NCBI GenBank assembly: GCA_046290465.1
Contig: JBKAGP010000001.1
Span: 4,800,001-4,864,000, forward strand
DNA: 64,000 bases
Origin: Planctomycetota bacterium
GTDB lineage: Bacteria > Planctomycetota > UBA1135 > UBA2386
Direction: 5' to 3'
The notes beneath the pieces were generated by a model, which worked only from the letters and a program-made list of their open reading frames with translations, made no database searches and had not been told where the DNA came from. Every line of letters begins with the position of its first letter. Positions within the stretch are counted from its first letter, which is position 1. Below are positions 27,189 through 39,214 of the stretch, in pieces. The position numbers and the translations under genes were made by a program.

Positions 27189-27289
27189 CACCGCATACCG
27201 AACCGGGTTCATCCTGCGCCACTTGTCGCGCAAGGCGCGCAGGCGCGCGCGACAAGTGGCGCAGGATGAACCCGGTTCGGTATGCGGTG
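27189..27289. repeat. REP-like palindromic element, complete copy (43-bp perfect arms, 15-nt loop)
   Basis: caccgcataccgaaccgggttcatcctgcgccacttgtcgcgc (27189-27231) and its exact reverse complement (27247-27289). Confidence 0.95.
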
Positions 27290-27323
27290 TGGGCGAGGGG
27301 TTCGCGTCTGCGAACGGCCGGTG

Positions 27324-30488
<3,165 letters not shown>

Positions 30489-30544
30489 GGGGCGAAATGT
30501 AGCACGGCGGCGCGGTCGTCTGCCGCGTCCGCTAGCATCGACCC

Positions 30545-31117
30545 GTGGCCGAGGACCTCGACCAGCCAGCGGATGGCGGCGCGCCCGACCTCGACGAGGT
30601 GGTTGCGCGCTACCTGCCCCGACTGCACGCCTACGTGCGGCTGCACATGGGCGGCGCCCTGCGCGCGCGCGAGCAGTCGCTCGACGTGGTGCAGTCGATT
30701 TGTCGCGAGGTGCTCGAGGAGCGCGGGCGGTTTGAATACCAGGGCGAAGGCCAGTTGGTCAGCTGGCTGCTCACCGCCGCCACCAACAAGCTGCGCGAGC
30801 GGGCGCGCTTCCACGGCCGCCAGAAGCGCGACGCCGATCGCGAGCAGGCCGCGGACCGCGTCGACAGCCGCGTCTACGCCTCCCTGGTCACGCCGAGCCA
30901 GGACGTCGTGCGTGCCGAACGGATCGAGGCGCTCGAGCAGGCGCTGCAGCGCCTGCCCGACGAATACCGCGAGGTCATCGTGCTCGCGCGCATCGTCGGC
31001 CTGTCGCACGCCGAGATCTCGCAGCGCATGGGCAAGGAGGGCTCCGCCACGCGCAACCTGCTCGGCCGCGCCCTGACCCGCCTCGCCGACGAACTCGGCA
31101 GCGACTCGACCGCCTGA
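30545..31117 (+). CDS. ECF sigma-70 factor, divergent from the kinase
   Basis: SLDVVQSICRE, WLLTAATNKL, LPDEYREVI, SHAEISQRMG. Confidence 0.92.
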   Translation: MAEDLDQPADGGAPDLDEVVARYLPRLHAYVRLHMGGALRAREQSLDVVQSICREVLEERGRFEYQGEGQLVSWLLTAATNKLRERARFHGRQKRDADREQAADRVDSRVYASLVTPSQDVVRAERIEALEQALQRLPDEYREVIVLARIVGLSHAEISQRMGKEGSATRNLLGRALTRLADELGSDSTA

Positions 31118-31131
31118 CCGAGGCCGCCACG

Positions 31132-31198
31132 ACCGCACCGAGCCGCGCGCTTCGCGCGCGCTAAGTGGCGCAGGATGAACCCGGTTCGGTATGCGGTG
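31132..31198. repeat. REP-like palindromic element, copy with truncated left arm
   Basis: aagtggcgcaggatgaacccggttcggtatgcggtg at 31163-31198, between convergent genes. Confidence 0.88.
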
Positions 31199-31213
31199 TC
31201 AGGGGTGCTGTGG

Positions 31214-32404
31214 TCAGGTGGGGAGGAGGCCGCGGCGGGCGAGGTTGTGCATCAGGGCGGTGAGGCCGAAGCGCCACGGTGGGATGGTGTGGCAGTGCTG
31301 CACGCGGTTCTGCAGGGTGCCGAACTTCGGGGACGAGATCCGCACGAGGTCGCCGAGGTGGTGGGTGAAGCCCTGGCCCTCTTTGTCGCGGTCGGCGGTG
31401 GGGGCGAACAGCGTGCCGGTGAACAGCGCGATGCCGTCCGGATACTGGTGGCTGGCGTGGATCGTCTGCGCGACCAGTTCGGTGACGTCGCGGCTGATGC
31501 TGCTCATCGGGCTGACCTCGCGCAGCGTGAAGCCGTCGTCCCCGGTGATCTCCAGCGAGACCTCGGCGCGGCGCACGTCGTCGAGCGTGAACGTCTCGTC
31601 GAACAGCCGCACGAACGGGCCGATCGCAGCCGAGCCGTTGTTGTCCTTGGCCTTGCCCAGCAGCAGAGCGCTGCGCCCTTCGATGTCGCGCAGGTTGACG
31701 TCGTTGCCCAGCGTCGCGCCGACGATCTCGGCCGCGGGGTCGACGATCAGCACCACCTCGGGCTCGGGGTTGTTCCACGACGAGATCTCGAGGATGCCGA
31801 CGTCGTCACCGGTGCCGACGGCCGACAGCGCCTGCGCCTTGGTGAACACCTCGGCATAGGGCCCGATGCCGACCTCGAGGTATTGCGACCACAGCCCCTC
31901 CTGCTGCAACACCTGCTTGACCTGCTCGGCTTCGGGAGACCCCGGCACGACGCTCGACACCTCCGCGCCGATGCGCTCCTTGATCTGCGTGCGCACCGCC
32001 TCGGCGCGGCTGCTGTCGCCGCCGGCGCGTTCCTCGATGACGCGCTCGAGCGCGCTGACCATGAACGTCACGCCGCACGCCTTGATCGGCTGCAGGTCGA
32101 CCGGAGCGAGCAAGCGCGGCGCGTCGTCGTCGCGTGGCTGCGCGACGGTGGCCGCCATCAGCTCTTCGAACGAGCCGACTCGCGACAGCGATGCGGTGCC
32201 GTTCTGGCGCCAGGCCGTGCCGTTGGCAAACAGCTCCGACGTGGTCGCCGCGATCGGCGACAGGTCGAACACGCCGTCCTCGCGGATCCAGACCGGGCTC
32301 GGGCCGGGCTCCGATCCGGTCAGCGTCGCCGGCAGCCACGCGCGGCCGACCAGCGTTCCGGCGAAGCCGTCGTCGGGGAGGAAGGCGCGCAGGTCGTCGT
32401 GCAT
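31214..32404 (-). CDS. Fumarylacetoacetate hydrolase family protein (possible 2-keto-3-deoxy-sugar-acid dehydratase)
   Basis: KACGVTF, EVFTKA, WNNPEPE, GNDVNLRDIEGRSALLLGKAKDN, LFTGT. Confidence 0.9.
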   Translation of the reverse strand: MHDDLRAFLPDDGFAGTLVGRAWLPATLTGSEPGPSPVWIREDGVFDLSPIAATTSELFANGTAWRQNGTASLSRVGSFEELMAATVAQPRDDDAPRLLAPVDLQPIKACGVTFMVSALERVIEERAGGDSSRAEAVRTQIKERIGAEVSSVVPGSPEAEQVKQVLQQEGLWSQYLEVGIGPYAEVFTKAQALSAVGTGDDVGILEISSWNNPEPEVVLIVDPAAEIVGATLGNDVNLRDIEGRSALLLGKAKDNNGSAAIGPFVRLFDETFTLDDVRRAEVSLEITGDDGFTLREVSPMSSISRDVTELVAQTIHASHQYPDGIALFTGTLFAPTADRDKEGQGFTHHLGDLVRISSPKFGTLQNRVQHCHTIPPWRFGLTALMHNLARRGLLPT

Positions 32405-32462
32405 GCGCGCACTGGAGCGGCGCCGGTGCGCAGCGGCAAGCGCGCGTTGCGAACCGGCCCGC

Positions 32463-32939
32463 TCAGCGAGCGCCGCGCATCGTGAACACCAGGCTGCCGC
32501 CGGTGCCGCCCTCCGGCCGCGCCGAGCGCGCCGAGACGAACTGCCAGTCCGCCGGCAGCTGCACGACCTGTCGCATCGAACGGCGCAGCCGCGCGTCGGG
32601 GCCTTCGCCGTCGCTCTCGGGGTCGAGGTCGCGGTAGCTCGCGTCGCAACCGTCGTTGGCGAGCGAGCGGCGCAGCGATTCGCACAGGCTGCGGATCGTG
32701 CCGCCCCGGTCGATCTGTCCGTTGGCTTCGTGTTCGGTGCCGTCGGGAGCGCGCGTCACGACCAGCACGCGGACCGCGTAGGGCATCGTGACCGTTGGAT
32801 CGCTGAAGGACAGCTCCAGCGTGCGCAGCGTCGGCCGCGACGAGAACAGCGAGCAGCCGGAGCACAGGGAGGCGAGCGCGCCGGCCCACAACAGCGAGCG
32901 CAGGGCACGGAACGTCGAAGGGCCGGGGAGTCGGGTCAT
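32463..32939 (-). CDS. Hypothetical lipoprotein
   Basis: Lipobox-like LCSGC after a hydrophobic stretch. Confidence 0.6.
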   Translation of the reverse strand: MTRLPGPSTFRALRSLLWAGALASLCSGCSLFSSRPTLRTLELSFSDPTVTMPYAVRVLVVTRAPDGTEHEANGQIDRGGTIRSLCESLRRSLANDGCDASYRDLDPESDGEGPDARLRRSMRQVVQLPADWQFVSARSARPEGGTGGSLVFTMRGAR

Positions 32940-33025
32940 GGTCTCGGCAGATCAGGGTCTCGGCAGATCAGGGTCTCGGTCTCGGCAGGTCAGGGTCTCG
33001 GCAGATCAGGGTCTCAGAAGATCAG
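32940..33025. repeat. 16-bp tandem array filling the whole intergenic spacer, anchored on the LpxR-family gene stop
   Basis: ggtctcggcagatcag x4 (one variant) plus a 6-bp partial unit plus the gene-end unit ggtctcagaagatcag containing the stop at 33014-33016. Confidence 0.92.
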
Positions 33026-33994
33026 GTCCAGCTGGATCGAGGTGAAGTGGGTCGGGTCGCCGACCGGCGACGGTGAGTCGAACTCGGGCGAACGGAACGT
33101 CTCGACGATGCTCAGCCGGATCCGCGGCGTCGGCTCCCACACCAGCCCGACGCGGAAGTCGCTGACGAATACGTTGCGGTCGACGCTCGGTCCGCTGCGC
33201 CAGGTGTTGCCGTCGAGGAAGATGTTGCGCAGCACCACGCGACCTTCGATGCCGGCCTCGAGGTGCACGCGCTGCGGCGCGTCGCCCACCGGGCGCAGCG
33301 CGGCGCCGAAGTGTCGCGGCAGGTTGCAGCCGACGCGCAGCGTCGTGCCGAGGCGGCCGCTGGTCTCGACGTTGCCGAGCCGGCCGCCGATCAGGCCGAT
33401 CAGGTCGGTCGAGAACGGGCCGAGGTAGTGTTCGTGGTACCACGTCCGGAAGCGCCGTTCGTAGCCGAGCACGAAGCCGGGTTCGTCACGCAGCTGGTTG
33501 GACCAGCCGCTCGGTCGCGGCGCGTCGACCATCTCGTGGATCTGGATCTGCAGGTCGTCGGCGAGCGAACTCGGGCCGACGACCCCGAGCTCGAGTTCCC
33601 ACGTGTCGAGGTGGTCGCGGCGGTCGGCGTTGAGCGTCAGCGCCGCATTGCGGTAGCTCAGGTGCAGCCAGCCGGCATACGGTCGGTCCTCCGGGTCGGG
33701 GATCGCCAGCGTGATGTCCTCGGGCGTGTACATGTCCTGCCCGATCGCCAGTTCGTGGGTCGCCGCGTCCGGCGTGCCGCGGAACGGCAGCCAGCTGAGC
33801 GTGTCCGGCTCGGCGGCGAAGGCGGCCGAGAGCTCGAACGCGTTGGTGAAGAACCGGTCGGTGTCGCTGGCCCACGAGTCGTTCTGCCATGGCGTGCGGG
33901 CGCGCACGCCCGGCACGGTGAAGCGGCCGACGGTCTCCTGGGCGCCGATCGAGGTGGCCAGCAGAGCGACGAGGATGGGGGCCGTTCCCTTCAT
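33014..33994 (-). CDS. lpxR: Lipid A 3'-O-deacylase LpxR family (DUF2219) outer-membrane protein
   Basis: NDSW...DRFFTN, GQDMYTP, DRPYAGWL, GVVGPSS, QIH, GWSNQL, NIFLDGN; C-terminal Phe. Confidence 0.85.
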   Translation of the reverse strand: MKGTAPILVALLATSIGAQETVGRFTVPGVRARTPWQNDSWASDTDRFFTNAFELSAAFAAEPDTLSWLPFRGTPDAATHELAIGQDMYTPEDITLAIPDPEDRPYAGWLHLSYRNAALTLNADRRDHLDTWELELGVVGPSSLADDLQIQIHEMVDAPRPSGWSNQLRDEPGFVLGYERRFRTWYHEHYLGPFSTDLIGLIGGRLGNVETSGRLGTTLRVGCNLPRHFGAALRPVGDAPQRVHLEAGIEGRVVLRNIFLDGNTWRSGPSVDRNVFVSDFRVGLVWEPTPRIRLSIVETFRSPEFDSPSPVGDPTHFTSIQLDLIF

Positions 33995-34051
33995 TCGCGG
34001 TGCAGGGTAGCGGTGGCGGCCGGCCGTGCCCACGGCGATCTGCGTGGCCGA

Positions 34052-34741
34052 TCAGAGCAGCCGGATCGCCAGCTGGATCAACCCGTTGGTCCCGACCACG
34101 AACACGGCGAGCGCCGCGAGCACGCGCAGCAGCAGCCACCGCGCGCGGCCGCGATAGGCGAACCAGAGCGTGCAGCCGGTGTAGAGCACGGCGGCGATGC
34201 CGTCGGCGATCGTGATGGCGGGGCCCCACGCCGACGGCAGCACCAGGCCGAGCAGCGCCAGCGGCGCACGCCACAAGAAGATGTGACCCGCTGCCAACAG
34301 CATCACGAACAGCATCTGCAGCCAGGTGCGGCGGCCGCCGAGGAACGGCAGCCACATGCCCGTCACCAGGATCGGCATCATCGCGAGGTTGAGCCAGTTG
34401 CCGTGGCGCAGGATCGGCGGGATCTCGCCGGCGTTGCGGAGTCCGAAGTTGATCGCCGCCCACCACAGGCCGCACGTCAGGATCGCGTAGCGCACCGGAT
34501 GCACGTAGCGGGCCCGCTGGCCTTCGAGGTAGTCGCGCGCGACCTTGCCCGGGTGCACCGTCAGGCCGCGCACCGTCCGCCACATGGCACCTTCGACGCT
34601 GAACAGCGCCTGGGCGGCGTCGACGAGTGCCGTCGTCAGCCGCAGCTCGAGCCGGCCGTTGTCCTGGCCGCACCGCGGGCAGTAGCGACCGGCCTGCGGC
34701 GTGCCGCAGTTGGGGCAGGTGGTCGGCGCGGCGTCGGGCAC
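34052..34741 (-). CDS. DUF3667 domain membrane protein
   Basis: CPNCG..GRYCPRCGQ zinc ribbon; PGKVARDYLEGQRARYVHPVRY. Confidence 0.88.
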   Translation of the reverse strand: MPDAAPTTCPNCGTPQAGRYCPRCGQDNGRLELRLTTALVDAAQALFSVEGAMWRTVRGLTVHPGKVARDYLEGQRARYVHPVRYAILTCGLWWAAINFGLRNAGEIPPILRHGNWLNLAMMPILVTGMWLPFLGGRRTWLQMLFVMLLAAGHIFLWRAPLALLGLVLPSAWGPAITIADGIAAVLYTGCTLWFAYRGRARWLLLRVLAALAVFVVGTNGLIQLAIRLL

Positions 34742-34817
34742 GCGGCCACGTTAGCCAATCCGAACCGTGCGAAGAATCGCGTAACGCGACGCCCGCCGGT
34801 CCGCTGGCTCAGGTGGC

Positions 34818-36464
34818 ATGACCCAATCCCTCATCCGGACGACCTCCCTGCTCGCGCTGCTCGCCGCGCCCGCCTTTGCCCAGGACCAGTTGGTCAAGCA
34901 GGCGCTGAAGAAGATCGAACGCGTCGAACAGGCGCTCGCGACGCTGCCGGCCGGCGATGTAAAGGCGGCCAACCGCCTGCTCGGCGACCTCAAGTGGGCC
35001 AACAAGCGGCTTAAGGGTGCCTACAAGAAGACGACCAGCCACTGGCAGGACGCCAACCGCCGGCTGCAGGCCGCCGACCAGGCAGTGCGGGCGCGCGCCG
35101 CGGCGTCGGGGCCGCCTTCCTCCGGCAAGCCGCCGGCGTCCGGCCAACCCACCGGCAAGCAGCCGGCCAGCAAGCAGCCCACCGGTAAGCAGCCAACCGG
35201 TAGCCAACCCACCGGTAGCCAACCCACCGGCAACCAACCCACCGGCAACCAACCGGCGACCGAAGGCCCGGTGATCGGCGCCGACTTCGAGAAGCTCCAG
35301 CAGCTCGACAAGGAGGTGCGCAACGGGTTCCACAACCTCGGGCTGCTCAACAAGTCGTTCATGGGCGACGCCTACCGCGTCGGCTCGATCCAGAAGGAAC
35401 TCACAGGCCTGCGCAAGCGGCTCGCGGCGTTCCCGGCCGGCGACAAGAACGTCAAGATCGTCGCTGCCAACCTGCAGCGCTTCGAAGACCAGTTCACGCG
35501 CTGGCGCGAGGAATACGCCGCCGACCAGGCTGCGGCCGGCGACCTCGGCGCGCAGCTCGAGGCGATCGCCAAGAAGTACGCACACGACCAGCTCCCCGGC
35601 GCGCTGCACTGGCCGTACGAACGCGACAAGCTGACGCAGTGGGCGGCGCGCACGGCGCAGCTGCTCGCCGAGCTGCCGAAGGACGCCGAGATCGTCGGCC
35701 GCGCGCGCGGCAACGCGATGCTGCGCAAGCGCGCCAACAGCCTCTACCACCGCGTCAGTAGCGCACTGCCGCGCCGGCTCGGGGAGCACGTGCAGGCGGT
35801 GCGCTATGGCTGCGACCACGCGGCGAAGGACGCCAGCCGCGTCGCCCGGACGCTGGCCGAGACCGACCCCGCCGATCGCAACGCGGTGGCCAACCGGGTG
35901 CTGATGCCGGGCGCGCTCGAGCGTTCGCTGCGCATGCTGAACGACGGGCTCGAGGCCGTCGACCTCGCCGCGACGCTGGACCGGTCGTTCGCGCCGGAGC
36001 CGCCGGTCGATCGCAAGCAGCAGCGCGCCGAGATCGAACGGTCGATCGCCACGCTGCGGGCGCTGGCGAAGGCTTCGCTGGCGGAAGTGCGCATGCCGGC
36101 GCAGGTCGGGCTACCGGCCGAGAAGGTCGCCGAACTGACCGCGATCGCCGAGAAGGTGTTGGCGCGTGACAAGTACGGCGTGCACCCGATCCAGCGCCTG
36201 ATCGTGACCTCCAAGCCGCAGCGCAAGGAGAAGACCGAGGGATCGATCACCGGCACGGTCACCGGCGCGCGCGTCACCACCTACCACTACGTCTGGGACG
36301 AATACCGCGTCGTCACGGCGGAGAAGGTCGGCGACGAGACCTGGATCTTCCACAACACGCTGAAGTTCTACCACTCGTCCGACTCGGTCACGCCGCAGGA
36401 CGTCTGGATCCTGAGCCGGCGCTTCCAGGGCACGCAGATCCTGGCGGACAACGTTGCCAAGTAG
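34818..36464 (+). CDS. Secreted helical hypothetical protein with QPTG(K/S/N) repeat linker
   Basis: Signal peptide APAFA-Q; GC3-biased codons; 15-bp repeats at about 35145-35256. Confidence 0.82.
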   Translation: MTQSLIRTTSLLALLAAPAFAQDQLVKQALKKIERVEQALATLPAGDVKAANRLLGDLKWANKRLKGAYKKTTSHWQDANRRLQAADQAVRARAAASGPPSSGKPPASGQPTGKQPASKQPTGKQPTGSQPTGSQPTGNQPTGNQPATEGPVIGADFEKLQQLDKEVRNGFHNLGLLNKSFMGDAYRVGSIQKELTGLRKRLAAFPAGDKNVKIVAANLQRFEDQFTRWREEYAADQAAAGDLGAQLEAIAKKYAHDQLPGALHWPYERDKLTQWAARTAQLLAELPKDAEIVGRARGNAMLRKRANSLYHRVSSALPRRLGEHVQAVRYGCDHAAKDASRVARTLAETDPADRNAVANRVLMPGALERSLRMLNDGLEAVDLAATLDRSFAPEPPVDRKQQRAEIERSIATLRALAKASLAEVRMPAQVGLPAEKVAELTAIAEKVLARDKYGVHPIQRLIVTSKPQRKEKTEGSITGTVTGARVTTYHYVWDEYRVVTAEKVGDETWIFHNTLKFYHSSDSVTPQDVWILSRRFQGTQILADNVAK

Positions 36465-36485
36465 CGTCGCCGATAGCGTCGCCAG
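36462..36485. repeat. 2 x 12-bp repeat starting at a TAG stop codon
   Basis: tagcgtcgccga tagcgtcgccag; the first TAG is the stop of 34818-36464. Confidence 0.6.
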
Positions 36486-36494
36486 GGTGGCGCG

Positions 36495-37310
36495 CTAACG
36501 TCCGCGTGGCGGTGCTGGGAACGTGCGCCGTAGCGCGCGCGGCGCCGACGCGCGGTAGATCGTGTCGTGGAACTGCTCTGGCATCGGCTGGTAGTGCCAC
36601 CAGCTGGTGTCGGTGTCGGCGGCGGCCAAGGCGGCGACCAGCCGCTGCGTCGCGGCGATGATGCCCGGCTCGTTGGCGGTCGTCAGGTAGAGCGTGCCGG
36701 CGTCCTCGCCGCGTTGGCCGAGCAATTCGGGCGCGCGCGCGACCAGCTGCGCGTCGTTCCACCACAGGCTCGGACTGAACGCGATGCAGTGGTCGAACAG
36801 CTCCGGCTGCTCGAGGAACGTCTCGACGACGAACAGGCCGGCCAGCGATTCGCCGACCAACGCGGTGACGCCACCGGTGCGGTAGCGTCGCTCGACCTCC
36901 GGCATCAGCTCGTCGCGCAGGAACGTGCGGAACGCGGCGGCACCGCCGGCGCGCGGCGCGATCTCGCGATCCTTTGGAACGTCGGTCGGGCCGGTCAGGT
37001 CGCGGCGCCGGTCGGTGTTCTCGATCCCGACGACGATCACCGGCTGCATCGTGCCCCACAGCTCGCCGGCGGCGACCGCGTCGACGACGTGCGGCAGGTC
37101 CTCGCCGATGCCACCGTCCGGCATGTAGAGCACCGGCAGTCGGGCGTCCGGGGCGTCGTAGCCGCGCGGCAGGTAGACGAACACGCGCCGCTGTTCTGCG
37201 AGCGCGGCGGACCGCAGGGTCCAGGACTGCACGCGCTCGAAGCAGGGCGGCGCATGGGTCGGGGTCGCACAGGCCGGCAGCAGCAGCAGGAGCGGCAGGA
37301 GGGAGCGCAT
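36495..37310 (-). CDS. Alpha/beta hydrolase, putative esterase (IroE/Fes-like) lipoprotein
   Basis: VYLPRGY, PVLYMPDG, RRRDLT, GESLAG nucleophile motif, SPSLWW; lipobox LPAC. Confidence 0.9.
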   Translation of the reverse strand: MRSLLPLLLLLPACATPTHAPPCFERVQSWTLRSAALAEQRRVFVYLPRGYDAPDARLPVLYMPDGGIGEDLPHVVDAVAAGELWGTMQPVIVVGIENTDRRRDLTGPTDVPKDREIAPRAGGAAAFRTFLRDELMPEVERRYRTGGVTALVGESLAGLFVVETFLEQPELFDHCIAFSPSLWWNDAQLVARAPELLGQRGEDAGTLYLTTANEPGIIAATQRLVAALAAADTDTSWWHYQPMPEQFHDTIYRASAPRALRRTFPAPPRGR

Positions 37311-37623
37311 GGCGTCGCACGCTAACGGGCGCGGCCGGTTCTCCGAGCGGCCGGGCGCAGCGGGTGCCTCGTGGGGGCGGCGTCAGGTCGGCAGTTCTTC
37401 CTGGCAAACGTCGCGAGAAGGTAACTCGGGCAAGGAACGCAGACGCCCCGTGGTTCTCCCTACATGGGTCCCCGTCGCCGGGCGGCAGCGCTGCTGCGCC
37501 GTTGGCTCGCGGCCGGGGAAGGAGCCTGGAGAGCGTCGGCCGGATCGAAGGTGCGAGGACACCGGGTCCGGCCGGCGGGACGCGTTCGTTGCCGCGACCG
37601 CGCGGCGCGGATAAGCAGCGCAC

Positions 37624-38439
37624 ATGCAATCCGTATCGAAGGGGCCCGCGCTGCGCGAGGTCGAGCCCGACGACGACACCCGCGTGCGCGCGGTGCTCGC
37701 CGAGCAGCGGGCGATGCTCGACGTCGTGCGCGGCAACCGCGTCTGGGACTGGCTCGGCGGCATGCCGTCGGGCTTCGGCCATCCCAAGGCGGGGCTCTAC
37801 GGCATCTACCTGGCCGTCGCGTTCGTCGTGATGGCGGCGATCGCGCTGGTCGTCGCCGGCTTCGACCGCGGGGTCTGGCTCGCGACGTTCGTCGGCCTCG
37901 CGCTCGTGTGCCTGCTCGTGCGGGCCGTGGTCGAGGGGTCGGCCGAGCGGCGGACCAAGGCCTTCTACGGCCGCGCGGTGCAGATGCCGGCGGTCGTCCT
38001 GCACGCGCAGGAGCCGGACGACGACGGCGACGACGACGAACCGGCGACGCCGGTCGCGCTGCTGGTCGGCACCGACGTGAGCTCGGCCGACGACCTGGCC
38101 GCGCTGCTCGAGGCTGGTGCACGGTTGCGCGCGGGCATCGAAGATCCCGATGCCTGCGAGCCGGCGCTCGTCGAGCTCGCGCGCACGATCCGCGACGGCC
38201 GCGAGTGCGACGGCAGCCGCATGGCCGCGCCCGAGGCGCTCGGCAAGGCGATGGACGTCGCGTTCGTGGCGGTGTTCGAGGACTGGTTGCCCGAACGCGA
38301 ACTCGACTCACGGCTGGTGTTCGTGCTCGCCGATCCGGACCGTCGCGACGCGCGCCATACCCGCGTCGCGCACCACGCGGCCTGGGGGCCCGGTGCCGTC
38401 AACCTCTGCGCGCGACTGCCGCTGGAGGTCGAGGCATGA
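37624..38439 (+). CDS. Hypothetical membrane protein (2 TM)
   Basis: GC3-biased ORF, two hydrophobic helices, ATGA overlap with the next gene. Confidence 0.75.
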   Translation: MQSVSKGPALREVEPDDDTRVRAVLAEQRAMLDVVRGNRVWDWLGGMPSGFGHPKAGLYGIYLAVAFVVMAAIALVVAGFDRGVWLATFVGLALVCLLVRAVVEGSAERRTKAFYGRAVQMPAVVLHAQEPDDDGDDDEPATPVALLVGTDVSSADDLAALLEAGARLRAGIEDPDACEPALVELARTIRDGRECDGSRMAAPEALGKAMDVAFVAVFEDWLPERELDSRLVFVLADPDRRDARHTRVAHHAAWGPGAVNLCARLPLEVEA

Positions 38440-39164
38440 ACCTCTCCGCGATCCGTCAGAACCTGACGCGGCTCGAGAAGATGGACGAACTCGAGAAGCT
38501 GCTCGCCGATGCCGACGAGGGGCTGCCGTGGAACGACTTCGTCTGGATGCTGCAGTTCCCCGCGTTCGTCGGCGCGGCGATCCAGATCACGGTCATGGGC
38601 ATGAACGCCAGGCCGGAGGACGATATGCCGCCCGGCGAGGACATGGCGTGGATGCTGCTGCTGGTGCTGCTCGGACTGGGGTTCCGCTTCTTGCACCCCC
38701 TGTTCCGCAGCCGCGTGCAGTCGCTGTGTCGCCGCCTGCGCCGCAACGGCGTGGTCGTGCCGGCGCGGCACGTCCAGGCCAGCCCGATGTGGGGGCAGCT
38801 CGACTGGGTGTGGGGCATCGTGGTCCATTCGCACGATCCGGCCGTGCTGCAGGACCCCGACAAGCTGAGCGCGACCGCCAAGGACCTGTTCGAACTCAAG
38901 TGGCAGGACCGGGGCGCGATGCCCGAGGCCCACGCGGAGCTGGCGTGGATGCTCTACCACGAGATCGCGCCGGTTCGTTCGCTGCCGGTGCCCGCCGAGC
39001 TCTGCCACGGCCTGCAGGACTGCTGGATCGCGACCGTGATGTTGCCAGCCGATCCGCTGCGCAGCGGAGATCTGCTGCTGGCGCTGACGCTGCCATCGCA
39101 GAGCGAGGCGGTCCGGCGGGATCCCAACGCGATCGCCGTGCTGCCTGACGCGGTGCTCGACTGA
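38436..39164 (+). CDS. Hypothetical membrane protein (2 TM)
   Basis: ATG overlaps the upstream TGA; GGAGG upstream; two hydrophobic helices. Confidence 0.75.
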   Translation: MNLSAIRQNLTRLEKMDELEKLLADADEGLPWNDFVWMLQFPAFVGAAIQITVMGMNARPEDDMPPGEDMAWMLLLVLLGLGFRFLHPLFRSRVQSLCRRLRRNGVVVPARHVQASPMWGQLDWVWGIVVHSHDPAVLQDPDKLSATAKDLFELKWQDRGAMPEAHAELAWMLYHEIAPVRSLPVPAELCHGLQDCWIATVMLPADPLRSGDLLLALTLPSQSEAVRRDPNAIAVLPDAVLD

Positions 39165-39214
39165 CGCGAGACATGCGGCGGCGCGCGGCTACACTCCCCA
39201 ACCCCCTGGAGGTC

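Noticed and set aside
32940..33025. CRISPR array
   Set aside because: The 16-bp units are contiguous with no unique spacers and no cas genes are nearby; the same applies to 56088-56168
37525..37580. Glycine riboswitch (GGAGAG...CGAAGG)
   Set aside because: Lacks the downstream CUCUCAGG-type conserved segment, and the adjacent genes are unrelated to glycine metabolism
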